Positions 50,501 through 62,602 of a stretch of DNA of 64,000 bases are shown here, piece after piece. The DNA is taken from positions 68,727 to 132,726 of the forward strand of contig NMRA01000155.1 of the NCBI GenBank assembly GCA_002633005.1, written 5' to 3'. This DNA comes from Phoronis australis. Taxonomy: Eukaryota; Animalia; Phoronida. The translations under genes and the position numbers were made by a program. The notes beneath the pieces were generated by a model. It was not told the origin of the DNA. It made no database searches and saw only the letters and a list, made by a program, of their open reading frames with translations. Position 1 is the first letter of the stretch; every line of letters begins with the position of its first letter.

Positions 50501-53500
50501 GTTGACTACTATCTGTACTGGAGCCAGTCAATGAGATGTCGTAATGTGGGAGGAAATTGTATCAAATANNNNNNNNNNNNNNNNNNNNNNNNNNNNNNNN
50601 NNNNNNNNNNNNNNNNNNNNNNNNNNNNNNNNNNNNNNNNNNNNNATTGTAAAAAATGAGCAAGTGCTGGCACAATACCATCACATACTGGGTCACGTTA
50701 TTGATTGGTTTTCTATATATCCGGAAACACACTTCCACCAAAAGTAGTGAACAAATTAATTGTTAAGACCAAAATGGTAATTAGGGAGTGCTTAACTTGT
50801 TGAATTTGCCCGAAATCCGGTTGGTGGAGCCGTATATGAGTCAAGATTCATTGAAATCTGTCCAACTGTCCTCTAGATGGCAATTTTCAAATGTTCATCT
50901 TACTAAAATGTATGCGTCCTGAAGTCTCACTTGCCTAATCCTACCCTTGGTACGAAGCTGTATACTAAATATACAGCTTTGCGCCGATGTGGGTAAAAAA
51001 ATGACCAGATAAAATATAACACAAAATTAGTGTCATTAAAACTACACACAAATTTGAGTAAATAAAATTATTTTCTGGTTTTGGAAAAATTGGCATTATA
51101 CCATTATTCCATTGAAGTTGAGGAGCGATCTTTAGCGACGGCTTTCGGCGCCATGAAATATTGTGCCACCTATTGGCCAGTTTATTTTTGCGCCAATTCT
51201 TTAATCAACTGTTGTTCTTTTCACGAGGTTGCATACACGTCACAACAAATTATCGAAAGGGGTTTCATTTCATTATATGTTTTAAAATTTTGATACCAGC
51301 AAACCGAATTCCAGAAGAAATTTTGCTGCTGCCAAGCTATCATCATCTCCCGAGAGATGTGGCGAAAACTTAAGAAATGGTGCGTGCGTGTGTCACGAGC
51401 ATATTGTTTTCGGAATGACGACGTAACTTTTCTTTGTTAGAAAAGGTGGACGATTACGCAAGAAAATGTTGTTTATTAGATTGTTTTCCACTTAAACGGC
51501 TGAAACGGTCAAGGTGAGTGTCGTTCGAGTCCCACATTTTGCATGCACCCTGTCCGGTCTTTAGCTCTACATGTTGATACAGGTTTCACAGCGAGGTGAC
51601 GAGCAGAACTACCCTGGCTGTGTGCAATTTTGGGGTCTATGGAAGAAAAACACACAATGGTACCTAGCTGTAATTTGACGATGGTCTTCATCCAGCTAGC
51701 TGGCTAGCTCTACTCACAGGCGTCCTCAGCTTCTGATTGTCCCCAGTACACTATATAATACTACAAGGTATGACACTCAGGACTAGAAATTCCAGGGGTG
51801 CTTCACTTCAGCCATCCATAAAAAAACATAAAACTGAATAAATTTACACAAAACAGAGGTTCAATAAACCATGAGGAGTTGTTCTTTCTCCCAATACCAT
51901 TTACGGTGTCCAGCTCCACTGATTTCGCAAGAAATTCACGGTCAAAGCAAAACAATCTTTCCATAAAGTCCTTCGGAGCAACTCCCGGAAGTATCCGATG
52001 AGTTACGGATGAATGGCAAATGCCGAGTTATCGATGCCGTGACTTTACGTGATGAATCGGAAATTGCCATTCATCCGTAACTCATCGGATAATTCCGTAC
52101 TCTTCGCATGTGACACAGGAGTTGGTCCGGACGAGTTTTTGGGAAGATTTCTTTGCTTTGACCGCGGATTTCTTGCGAACTCGGTGGAACAGGACACCGT
52201 AAATGGTATTGGGAGAAAGAACAACTCCTCACGGTTTGTTGAACCTCTGTTATGAGTAAATTTATTGAGTTTTGTGTTTGCTATCATTATGGACGACTGA
52301 AGTGAAGCACCAGTGGAATTTCTAGTCCAAAGTGTCATACCTTGTAGTGTTATATAGTGTATTGGGGACGATCAGAAGCTGAGGATGCCTGTGGCTATAC
52401 TGGGTCTAGACAACACGTAGCCCCTCCGCTGGCCGGTTAGGGGCTACAATACTTCCCATCGCTTTCTGTATGCATTTTGTTCCATATATTTTAAGTGGGC
52501 GGTAGGCCAAATCCGGCCACTGATTTTGAGTTTTCACCTCGTCAAAAATACATTCCACACTTAAAACAATCACTTAAAAAAGCGCTTACATTCTTCTTTG
52601 GTCCTTTCTGCTTCATCTTTGATGAAGCTTAGTTGTGAGAATTAAGGTGACTTTGGCGAAGAATTCCAACTCCACTTTTTTTGGTTGCCGTTAACTTTTT
52701 CACCAAGCGCGCAATAAACACATAGTATGTCAACTGAGTCACGTGAGTTAGACAAAGGCTAGGGCGAGACTGAGCAAAGCCCTTGACGCTAGCACGTGAC
52801 ACTTGCAAAATAGCATGAGTAGGTATCAGGTAAATTTTGTAAGATTTATGTCCCTTGGACATCTTATTCGACAACATGCGTGATTTCCTCAAAATGGCAC
52901 CCGGTAACAGAACCTCGAGCAAACCGACTGTCATTGATTTGTTCAAATTATCTCAGTGACTGAATCGTCTCCAGACTTGTGGTATGTGTTAATTATAACC
53001 TCATGTTCCTTGTAAGATTCATTTGATTTTATTTGGTGTATTTTGAAATGCGAAACTTTTTGTGGGGATGTACTATCGCTCTTGTATGCCTGCGTTATCC
53101 AAGGCGCTGTAATTGCCTAGCTATACCACAGGCTTCCTCAGCTTCTGATCGCTTCCCCAATACACTACATATAATACTACAAGGTATAACACTTGGGACT
53201 AGAAATTCCACAGGAGCTTCGGTTCTGCCGTCCATATCAAACACATAACTCAATAAATTTACTCAAAACAGGGGTTGAACAAACCATAAAAAATTGTTCT
53301 TTCTATATGCCATTCATGGTGTCCTGCTCTAACGAGTTCGCAAGACATTCGCTGTCAAAGCACAAAAATGTTCCCAAAAAGCCCAAACACACTTTGCACT
53401 TTATCGGTTCAAGGTAAAGGGCGCTACGGAAATTACCAATAAATTACGGACGGATGGCATTATCGACATCGTGACTTTACGCGTAAAACCGGCAGTTTCC

Positions 53501-55083
53501 ATACCGTCCTAGACCTCGAACCAACAAAGTGCAAAGTGTGTTTGGGCTATTTGGGAACATTTTTTGTGCTTGGACAGCGAACTTCTTGTGAACTCGCTGG
53601 AGCAGGACACCATGAATGGTATTATAAGAAAGAACAATTTCTCATGGTTTGTTGAACCCCTTTTTTGTATAAATTTATTGAGTTTTGAGTTTGATATGGA
53701 TGGCTGAAGACAAGCATCCGTGGAATTTCTGGTCGGGAGTGTCATACCTAATAGGTATTATATGTAGTGTAATTGGGGACGATCAGCTGAGGACGCCTGT
53801 GAGCTATACTGGGTCTGGGGCCAGCTAGAGTCAGTAGAGACGGCGGTTGCTGTCTAGGTGGTGAATCAGCGGCATTGGTCGGATATAGCAGGCATCCACT
53901 GAACAATGAGCGCATTTAGCGGTAATACTTTACAATATGACGACATTGACTTACACATATGATTTCAGTATTTATGTTCAATTCCTTGCAACGTTATCGT
54001 TCTAAAAATACCACGATTTTTTTCCTACCCCGCTCCCTTAGTATTTTATCTCGAAATTTCTGATCGCACTATTTCCCGGTACTCGGTTGTAACACCGCCA
54101 TGTTGGAATGGAAGGAGTCACCTGGCGGTCAAAAACTGAACTAATCTTCGATCCTATGGTGACCCTGGTACACATCTGCTAGCAAGAATCCACGAAAAAG
54201 AGGCAGGTTGTTTTTGAGGTCCAACTTGGTGAAAAGGGTTTCACTTCAAACGATTTTCGAGGAAAAATGGTCAAATGGTCAATTGTAAAAAATTTGGAAA
54301 AGGTAAAATGCCGCTACATGTTTCTCCATATTATGTCGGGAAAACTTTAGCGGGAATCTCGCGCGGGCAAACACCATTCAGAATCGAGGATGCTGTTTCA
54401 TTCATTAACAAGAGGTGTCGCTGTAATCTTGAGTTGAGCTAACATGCTCGCGGTAGGGGATACATTCATATACTCCGAAACCCTATAGTCGTCCGCCTAA
54501 GCATAAAACCGGCTTGTTGTCTTACTCACCCAATTATTCCACTTCAAAGTTATGATCTGAATAGGACTTGATTTAACTCTCACAAATATATAGTATTCGT
54601 TGATTCAAACGTTTTCTTTTACTTAAGCCGAGTTGTTCAACTGTGCATTGGTTTTCGGCAGCCATTTTATAATGACACCTATGGTCGTCATGTGCTGCCG
54701 CCTTTTGAAAGGACAGAAAACCACACAGAAAAAGGCCAAGAAAATAGTGGAAAGTGGTTTACAGCAACTCNGACGAGAGGTAATCGGACTATATATTTTT
54801 GGAAAGATAGCGATGAAAGGAATCGAACGATACCAAAATCATATGTGTAAGTCAATGTCGTCATATTGTAAATAATTACCCATTTAGCTCATTGCACTGA
54901 ATAATGGTCCCCTTATTCAGTGAATTAAACTGGCTCTCAAAATCAGGGACCGCTATTCCCGACATCATACATATGGCAATGTTGAATCGGCTTGGCTGTC
55001 TAAGTATATTTTACTAGTAACTTTACCTGTTTCAAAATCTCTTGTTCTTTATTCGTGAGCTCTCCAGGCCACGAATATGCCAT
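35546..55083 (-). CDS. SEC14L2: SEC14-like lipid-binding protein (CRAL-TRIO N + SEC14 + GOLD), SEC14L2/3/4-like, ~425 aa
   Basis: Exons: 55083-55027 ([19 protein letters not shown]), 44901-44832 ([23 protein letters not shown]), [~44-nt exon not visible], 43963-43807 ([52 protein letters not shown]), 42798-42704, 41898-41823 ([16 protein letters not shown]), 41491-41411 ([10 protein letters not shown]), 40705-40622 ([18 protein letters not shown]), 38297-38191 ([13 protein letters not shown]), 37856-37711 ([11 protein letters not shown]), 36801-36632 ([23 protein letters not shown]), 35736-35546 ([10 protein letters not shown]...GD*). All junctions GT-AG. The symbol denotes the family, not proven orthology. 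Confidence 0.92.
38974..40457. mobile_element. Kolobok DNA transposon, internally deleted (THAP remnant plus KolX-like Cys-rich remnant), in a SEC14L intron
   Basis: TIR AGGAGAATGCCACC / GGTGGCATTCTCCT with flanks ATAA (TTAA variant) and TTAA. Minus-strand ORF 39846-40334 carries a THAP domain (FFRFP..E...KW...LRVCGRH..SDF...[10 protein letters not shown]). Plus strand ~39551-39718 reads YEFESEC...[24 protein letters not shown]. Confidence 0.8.
39846..40334 (-). pseudogene. THAP zinc-finger N-terminus of a truncated transposase
   Basis: C2CH THAP pattern with conserved P, W, F and an AVP-like box (PVPSVF); no DDE domain follows. Confidence 0.75.
45115..45183. repeat. Perfect palindrome, 34-bp arms, 1-nt centre
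   Basis: caaaagtgcaatattcacacaaaactgatagtta-t-taactatcagttttgtgtgaatattgcacttttg. Confidence 0.95.
45293..45410 (+). mobile_element. tRNA-derived SINE head
   Basis: A-box-like tggcttggttga and B-box ggttcgagtcc, followed by a CORE/V-like cccttgagccagg segment; acceptor stem not closed. Confidence 0.6.
46419..46779. mobile_element. Non-autonomous TTAA-flanked element, copy 2
   Basis: ttaa|aaaggattcaaaaccc...gggtttggtatactt|ttaa; homologous to 2804-3098. Confidence 0.65.
47645..47799. mobile_element. MITE family B copy
   Basis: caatt|taatggcggatttagaggggg...gatccgcctctg|caatc; colinear with 63036-63199. Confidence 0.75.
48007..48369. mobile_element. Palindromic MITE with TA TSD and internal ~20-bp tandem units
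   Basis: ta|tcgttgaccaaatgggtgaacgtt...aactttcacccacctggtcaacga|ta. Interior repeats of ttacggcgtaaagtaatta switch orientation at ~48200. Confidence 0.8.
50569..50645. other. Assembly gap (N run)
   Basis: 77 consecutive N. Confidence 0.99.
51704..52409. mobile_element. ~700-bp foldback element, copy 1
   Basis: Arm cacaggcgtcctcagcttctgat...catacc/ggatgaatggcaa is inverted from ~52060 to 52393; centre gtgactttacg. Confidence 0.85.
53117..53818. mobile_element. ~700-bp foldback element, copy 2 (related subfamily)
   Basis: Same termini (ctagctataccacagg ... cctgtgagctatactgggtct) and the same centre gtgactttacg as copy 1. Confidence 0.85.
53897..54922. mobile_element. ~1-kb non-autonomous DNA element with ~110-bp TIRs and CACTG...CAGTG ends
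   Basis: tttacaatatgacgacattgacttacacatatgattt (~53929-53965) is inverted at ~54836-54873; no TSD seen. Confidence 0.65.
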
Positions 55084-57105
55084 GGTGCTATGACTGTGAA
55101 TAGTATAATCATACAATGATTTCCGGCGTTTGATCGTTCACTTCATTCTGTTCAGCATCGCTGCACGACATTACTTCCGGAAGGATTCCCGCATAAACTC
55201 GCAAATCACGAGATTCGTGTTGCTTGGTTACCAATAACGCCCTCGACTCACTGAGGTCATGTCACGTAATTCCACTGACGAGCTGCTGTTCAGCGTTCGG
55301 CTCTCTTCTCATTAACCGCATTAGGTCACACCGGCGCGCTGATTGGAGACTGGCCCAGATTCATTTATTAGAGGCTGATCTAGGACTATGATAACTAAGG
55401 GCCCGGGCGGGTACTTTTGGGCAACATTTTGTCTCGGGCCAACCAAAACAATAGGGGGAACATTGCTAGCGCGCCGCCGGGCTGGAATTTCTTGAGATGC
55501 AAACGTTTTACTCGAAATGGGACGTCGAACTAAAAAAAACGGGAACCACGATTGTGCTCCCCCACTGCCACACAATGGCACGCGCACACACTAACTGCAT
55601 GTCGCAGTCAGCCGCGTATTAATTACCGGGGTTAATTAATAATTTTTTTTCATTTCCTCACGGCGCTCTTGCTGTTTTATTTTTTTTTGCGGCACCCAAG
55701 AAGGGGGGAGGGCTTCCCCCAAGCTGCCTCCCCCCCCCCCCTCCCCCCCGGCCAAATCAGTCTATGCTCATCATGATGGCTCCCGATCGACCGGCGACCC
55801 TGAGTGCCATAGCCTCTATAGCGGCTGCGCGCTGCCCGGCCGGGCCCCGCCCGAGGCGGGCCGGAGGCAGGGCCAGGGCTAGGGGGCGACCACCCGGGAA
55901 ATCTACAGGGACGGGCCCCGAGCATCAAAATCGGGGGTGGGGCATCCATGAAACCCTATGAATTCTTTTTGTGACTGATTTGTTGTGCACTGACTAAAGT
56001 TCAAGTTCTATTTCAGTCACTAAAGTGACCACTTTAGCTTTTCCAAGTATATCGCCGGTCGGCGCACTAGCCCCCTACGCCTCTCCCCGGCATCAGTCAC
56101 CAAACTTCAGCACGCTACTGGAATGAATCTACATCTCCTTAATATGTACCATACCGGCATACCGGTGAGGCAGTGTGGGCTTCCGTCGATCACTGGCCGC
56201 ATGTGAGGCTGGGTGCCAGGCCCGTCGGAAGGCAAAAATTTCAATTGGGGCCGGGACGGGGGGCACAATTAAACCATTTAGACTTCGGCAGCCCCCCATC
56301 GCCACCAACTCCAATGTACACCCTTCAACGCCTGAAGTTCAGTTCCCGTGGATCCATAAGATTCTGCGCGGACCTACTGCATGGTTATATTTTATTTTTA
56401 ACGTGGGTGCGTCAGTCATGGCGTGCACGGGAATCAGGCAAGCAAACAATTCGGTTTTGAAGAACAAAAATCCATTGCTCAATATTACGATAAAATGAAA
56501 CACCAAGGAAGTACAAAAGACAACTTTTGCAAGAAATGACTTTAATTTTATTTATTTCAGGGCTTTTAAAACTTTTTTCGATCTACGGTTTGTGAGTCTG
56601 AATTTCTTCAACGTCTGTAAGAGTTACTTGAGATAGGCAAAAATCTTCTAAGTGTACATGTACTTCAGGCTGCAATTAAATTCACTTAAATATCATCATT
56701 TCTTAGAAGATTAGCTTCTAATTGTCAAAAATCATCTATGAATCTATCGATTTTCGCAGATATATAAAAAGTAAAAGAGAAAACCAACGACTTTGTTAAT
56801 CAAAACGAAATGTTATAAGCAATTTCCGCAGGCATGTTCTCAGATTTTTGACGGGTAACCGGGGAACTTGGGAGATGGAGTGTTCGTATAAAAGTGTATT
56901 TTTGTTCATTTCAGAGGTATATGTACCTATAACGGTTCACGAGGTAAATCTGAACACCACTGACAAAAAACGCTGAAACCGTTGTTTATGATTGCGAGAG
57001 TTCTTTGACTACCCCCTATAGACAAGTACGCGGTCATCAGAAATAGTAGCACAGGCAGTAGTGTTTTCCACGTGTGGAAATTCCTTACAAACAAATGATA
57101 GTAAG

Positions 57106-57388
57106 CATGCACGCACCCAGGGGGGAGGGGCTTGCGGGGCTTTGACGAGCCCCTCCTCCCATTCGGCGAAGTGGGCAAAAAGGTCCGCCTAAGAGAAACA
57201 AAAAGTCCGAGGAAAATGAGACAAAACTCCACTAAAAAGGCAGAAAGGAATCAGGCGGGAATGCTCAATTCATAACTCTGATCATACATGTAGTACCCCG
57301 ATTTTATTTCTTAGACCCCGTTTTATTTTAGTAAAAGGTCCACATTCTCAAAAATTCGAGCCCCCTATACTTTAGGCTGGCACGCATG
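57106..57388. mobile_element. MITE family A copy
   Basis: gtaag|catgcacgcacccaggggg...ggcacgcatg|gtaac. Confidence 0.8.
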
Positions 57389-57669
57389 GTAACCATCTTC
57401 AAAATAGAGCCCGAATACTATTATTGTGATACTACGGGAAACAGTAACAGTATTTTATAACTAGCCATCGGAAATAGTCTCGTAAGTCCACCGTTTCGAT
57501 GGCGGTCAATCATATTGTATTTTGTTCACACTTTTTGGTTCTTTAGGTCGAATGTGTGGATACTGCTGTGCTGGGCACGAAAGTTTTGTATTTGTTTGAT
57601 GAATGTGGAATCCCAAATTTCCCTTGTGAATATTAGGCAGTGTCGGATTTACATGAATAGAGAGACAAA

Positions 57670-57820
57670 GGGACATTTCCCAGATGAATGGCTAAACATC
57701 ATTAAGCTCGGAAAACGAGTGGCAGTTCAATCCACCGTCGTGTTGTCACAAAGCGAAGCAGGAAGTGAACTTAAACATGAAAGCCGGTTGCACGATTTCA
57801 CAGAAAGCAGCAAAATAGAG
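57670..57820 (+). promoter_or_regulatory. Candidate promoter / non-coding first exon of the PARP12-like gene with an NF-kB-like site
   Basis: GGGACATTTCCC at 57670-57681; GGAAGTGAAC at 57761; donor GAG|gtaatc at 57820 could join the ctctacag acceptor at 59189 upstream of the ATG. Confidence 0.35.
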
Positions 57821-59296
57821 GTAATCGATTCGAACATTAGGCCCTATCTCCGTGTGCAGCCCCTTTAGAATTTGTCAATAAAAACACAAAAATGGGTGTC
57901 CACTTGAATATCATCAACGCCCTTCTTCAAGGCCGAACCCCTTAATGTGAAAATATCTTTATTTTTTCGAAAATCAGGAAATACGCAGCAATTGATGTTA
58001 TCTGTCAGGTTATCAATTTTTCTCAAGTGCTATACAGTTTCGACCAAAAATAATAAAGCGAATTTTGTCTCCGTTATCCCTTGCCAGAGAGGGGCCTCTG
58101 GAAAGATATAGTTTTGGATTCGCAAAACTGACTTATTGAATTTAAAAATCCAATAAATTAGTACGCTCCGAAAAAGCTTCGCTTTACATTTTTTTTCGAT
58201 TTTTCAAAATACATGTATGTGTACGAGTATGAATGATCATACGTCACATTTTCAAGTGTGTTTAGACGACATGTGCTACAAAAGTGGAGACCCTAACAAT
58301 GTCCTGGCCAGGGTCCTCAAAATGTAAACTATGCACTGTTGTTTAATGTTCTCTTAGAATTTTCTCTCTTATCCGTATTTCACAGTCTTTCCTTTCTCTT
58401 TTGTCCCCGGCCCCACGCCTACACGTATGTCGTTGCCACGGTTTAACCCTAACGCCTGAAAATTTTTGGTGGCCCGTGCTCAAGCCCCAACTTAAGGCCC
58501 CAAGCTTCCTACGGCCCTGAGTGTGAACGCGCCGACGGTGGTCTGACCTTGAGGTTGGTTCTCTGAGTGCAGTCCGCCGACTTGCAGTAACATGGGTGGT
58601 GCACCATAGCTAGGAGGCTAGTGGTTATAGCCCTCCCTCACTTTTTTCAGTGCTGCACCAGCTTCCACGATTTGTGGGCAGTGCGCATAACAGGGGTCTG
58701 AGGAAGGGCTATAGCTCTTTTTTTCCGCAGTGCCGCGGACAGTGATCGCACTGAATAATGCACGTAGGTAACCGTGGTAAGAAAGTATAACATTTCAAAA
58801 CTGTCAATATTTAGAAATGAAAACTGCAAGCGGAATTCTAACGAAAGTCATAGGCGAAATTCCGGCGTTTTCCATGCGCGACAGTTTTACTGTCGGGTTT
58901 CAACTGTAAAATGCGCAGCCAATATACCATAGCTGACTAGTGCCATATTTACACATGTACATTGCCTTTACTGGTTTGTTTTCTCATCAATGCAAATGCG
59001 AGCGACCTACTTTCATTTCTTCAAAAAATATACGTGTCTGATGTAAAATATGCAGGAATGGGTCAACTGAAGTAGAAATCTCTGACCAGGTCGGTGTCCG
59101 ACGGTACCCAGGTGGAAGCCGAAAAAGAACCAATTATAAAGGAACCACACTAGCCAAAAATTGAACTTAGAACTGTTTGCTCTCTACAGATCTGGACTCA
59201 CCCAGCTCAATGACCTCATCATTACACGTGACACTATTTCGAAGAAATAAATTAATCAATAACTTAATATAGTTTGGCAGTAGGACCCACCTAGCT

Positions 59297-62200
59297 ATGG
59301 CGTGTTCCAAGTCAAGCCTTGAACCTGAGAGTCAGCTCACAGTCACAGGTCGTGTGTCAAAGGCTGATCTAAACAATCATCTGAAGGGCTCCCGTGTACC
59401 TTTTTGTAAGTACTTATTTCGTGAGACTAATGCCAGCGATTTGGAATGCACAGTACCTACCATTTGTGACAAGCACTTAACTAAAGGGGGATGTCAGGAA
59501 GATGGGAAGTGCCAGAGGCTTCACATATGTCCATATTTTGCAGTAGGTGGCGAATGTGGTCAAAATTGTGAGTTTGGTCATGATTTCCTAACACACCACA
59601 ATAGTAAGCGTTTACGCATTAGGCTTACGGCAAATGAAGGAATTACACATTTGCTTCAGTTTGCCTATAAGCACTGCAGGCCACAAAATACGTTTCCACG
59701 AAGTTGCGATTACTACAACCAAGCAAAAGGTTGCACTAACAAGAGGTGTAGATATTTACATGTGTGTGATCATTATATAAAACAGCATTGTAAATTTGGA
59801 AGTAAATGCAAGCGTTCACACGATATTTATGACGTCCAGCCGAAAACTATTTTGAAGAAATACAACATTGACACTGATCGCTCGCCAAAAGAAACTCTAC
59901 TTCAACTTCGCCGATTGCTTGGAATTGACCAAGAGATTGAAACAAAGTCTGGCACTAGGCGCACTTCGGCTGCCCGTCAGAATAGCACTGCAACAGATGA
60001 AGACTTGGAAATATGTTCGTACTTTTTAAATGGAAGCTGCAGTTTCGGAGACCATTGCAGGTAAGGAACAGTTGCTAGGCAGCGCTAAATTTGCGCTCTA
60101 ATAGAGGGTGAAGAGGACTTTATTTTAAGGCACTTCTATATACTGTTTCCTCAGGCAGGCAACTAGTGTTAGATTTGGGTAGGGGAGGGAAGGGGGGTGC
60201 TAGAGTAATAACTTGAATTAGAATATCAAACAAATGACAATATTGCTGAAGCACGAAGTCAGTTGCATGTATGCCCCCTACTAGAGTCGGCCTCGGACCA
60301 TCACCAATCTGTGGCAATTGTCGCGGCCTTCACCTGGATGGTACATGTATGAGTGGCTGTGTTCAAGGGTCGTCAAATTTTGGAAAACTTTATCCAAAAT
60401 TCTGATTGCCCACTAAAATATTTTTATATGCACATCCTCGTCACCGAGCCGAGTAGTTCACCTCTGGTCTTAAACTAGTCTGTTTTAACTCGTATTTATA
60501 CAAATAACTTCATTTCACCCATAATCGCTCCCGAGAACTTCTTCAAGGGATTATAATCCGTTATTCATCTAAAAACAAAAACTTCATCATTGGGTCCCAA
60601 AGTATTGGAATTCGACGGTGCTATTGTTGATCAACATCGAGTGATGGCTATTAGAATTCCAGGTAACAGACTTGCATGTATCATAGGCTTCACAGTTCAC
60701 CTGATACATATAGGTGTGGAGCCTCAGATTCGTCGCATGTGCACGCACAGAAGTCCCTTAGTTGTTGTTTTTTAATACAGCAATGTAAGCAAACTATACA
60801 CACGTCACCCAGTCTCTACCCCATATTTGTCTACGAATTTGTACGTTGTAACAATTTTGTCAAATGACTGCGGTAAAACAGTGAGCTTCCCGCATGTCCA
60901 AGAGGCAATCAATGCATATACCAATACCGTGTGTGCCGACAACTATTGCTTGCAGATGTTTTTAGTAGTTTCTTACTTCTTATAATTGCTGCCCTTAAAA
61001 GATAAAATTATTACTTTTCTTGTCAAATTCTGCGGTTTTGTTTAGCGTAAACATGGGGACTAGCTGTCATGCTCACTGTAGCGCGACAATGAGCTCAGGT
61101 AGGAATTTACTAAAACGATGAATAAACTAGTTATTTCTCGCTATGACTAATCTTTACAGCGACACCTTTGGGGAAAAAGAAAGTGTACATTAGTTACTGA
61201 AAATCAACCCCTTATTAAATCAATGGTTGAAATCACTTTGAAAATGGAATACGATGAATCTTTTTATGGCTTAATCACATTTCCCGGTTTACTCATACTG
61301 ATTTTCGTCAGTAAGCGATTCAGTTTTCTAGAATTGGTGTATCCTCGAATTTTAGCGTCTTTTACAAAAAATTTTAGTTACGTCGTACGTTTCTTTCAAG
61401 TCTTAATTTAATGCCTCACTTGTTTGCTGTGAAAGTGAAGAAAACTTAGCTCAAACGTTACACACTAAAGCGCACACATCTTCCTTCTGGATTTAGTGGT
61501 TATGTTTCATGTATGTAGTCAGCAGTTTTCTATCAGTATCACAAATGAAGGCAGTGTCTACACTTGTGTTAATAGCTATTCTCACGCACAGTATGGCGTA
61601 TTGTGAAATTCGATGATGCTTCAGAAGCAAAAGGCGCGATCCAAAAGTATCATTTCTTTTTTAAATTCAGTGTTATTTTATTAGGAGATCGAAAATAACA
61701 AATGTGTGAAGAATTGGTTAATACCGTAAAACAACGATGGTATATGTACTTTGCTGCTTCTCTGAAAATTGTCTTACCTCACGTAACTTCTCACTGTATT
61801 TTCCAAGAAATCTTCACGATGCGACAAAGTACCGATGGCAATACAAAGAGGACCCGTCGTCGGGAAACTGGACATCATTTACTGGTGGAGATAATGACGG
61901 TCTCGAGAATGCTTTTCGTGATCCCCAGTGTGACCGTCACAGGGTGACATTGAGCACTGGGTAATTAAAGCAATTTATTTTGTTCTACAGTACTTCGAGT
62001 AGTATGGCCTACAGTTTGGACTTCCATTCTTGTCTTAGGAAAAATATCAAAATGCATGGCGTACTTGGAAAATTTATCGTGACACAGCTTTGGGGGAGAA
62101 TTTTCAAAAATATCTAGCATGTGACGTCTGAGTCTCTCAATCCAAGATCCTCTGATCCACAAAGCGGACTAACTCGATCATTCGTGTACTCTACATGTAG

Positions 62201-62602
62201 TAACAAGTAGCAACAAGAAATACCATATTGTTTCAAGCTGCTTCGTTCACAATAATTGGCTTCTAGAATTTGAATTCAAGTGTCATGATCGAAGCATTTC
62301 GATAAGCGTACCTACATGTACATGTAAGTGAAAACTGAATTATGAGGTCTGAACATGCGCCTGTGTTCCTGACATGCTTGTATAAATCTATGTCCACATG
62401 CATTTCTAGAGCTCCAAAATTACCGGCACATGTTGATTTTGTCAGCATGAAGTTGACCAGTGGTCCAATCGGTTCTTATAAAGTGAGACGTTTGAGCACC
62501 ACAGCAATACTGAAAGCACCATCGAGTAAATCGAAAGTGGCCACTACGTGGGGCTGGTACTGGAAGGATGTAGACGGCAAGTTCGTTATGTATGGTCAAA
62601 AG
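59297..62602 (+). CDS. PARP12: PARP12/ZC3HAV1(ZAP)-like CCCH zinc-finger + tandem WWE protein, 5' portion (continues beyond the visible exons)
   Basis: Exon 59297-60060 has four CCCH fingers (ICDKHLTKGGC..C.RLH, ICPYFAVGGEC..CEFGH, CDYYNQAKGC..CRYLH, VCDHYIKQHCKFGSKCKRSH) and the start of a fifth (EICSYFLNGSCSFGDHCR). Exon 61808-61960 completes it (NLH) and starts WWE1 (YRWQYKED..W..F..DNDGLENAFRDP). Exon 62410-62602 reads VDFVSMK...VRRLST...TTWGWYWKD..KFVMYG (WWE2). Phases 2/2/0 are consistent. The PARP catalytic domain is not in the window. Confidence 0.85.

Noticed and set aside
55272-55300. Hammerhead ribozyme core (CTGACGA plus stem gctg/cagc)
   Set aside because: The required GAAA after stem II is absent (gttc).
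55357-56330. GC-rich ORFs (55677-55949, 55764-55961, 56175-56498)
   Set aside because: Low-complexity Pro/Gly/Arg translations of G/C-run-rich repeat remnants, with no domain similarity.
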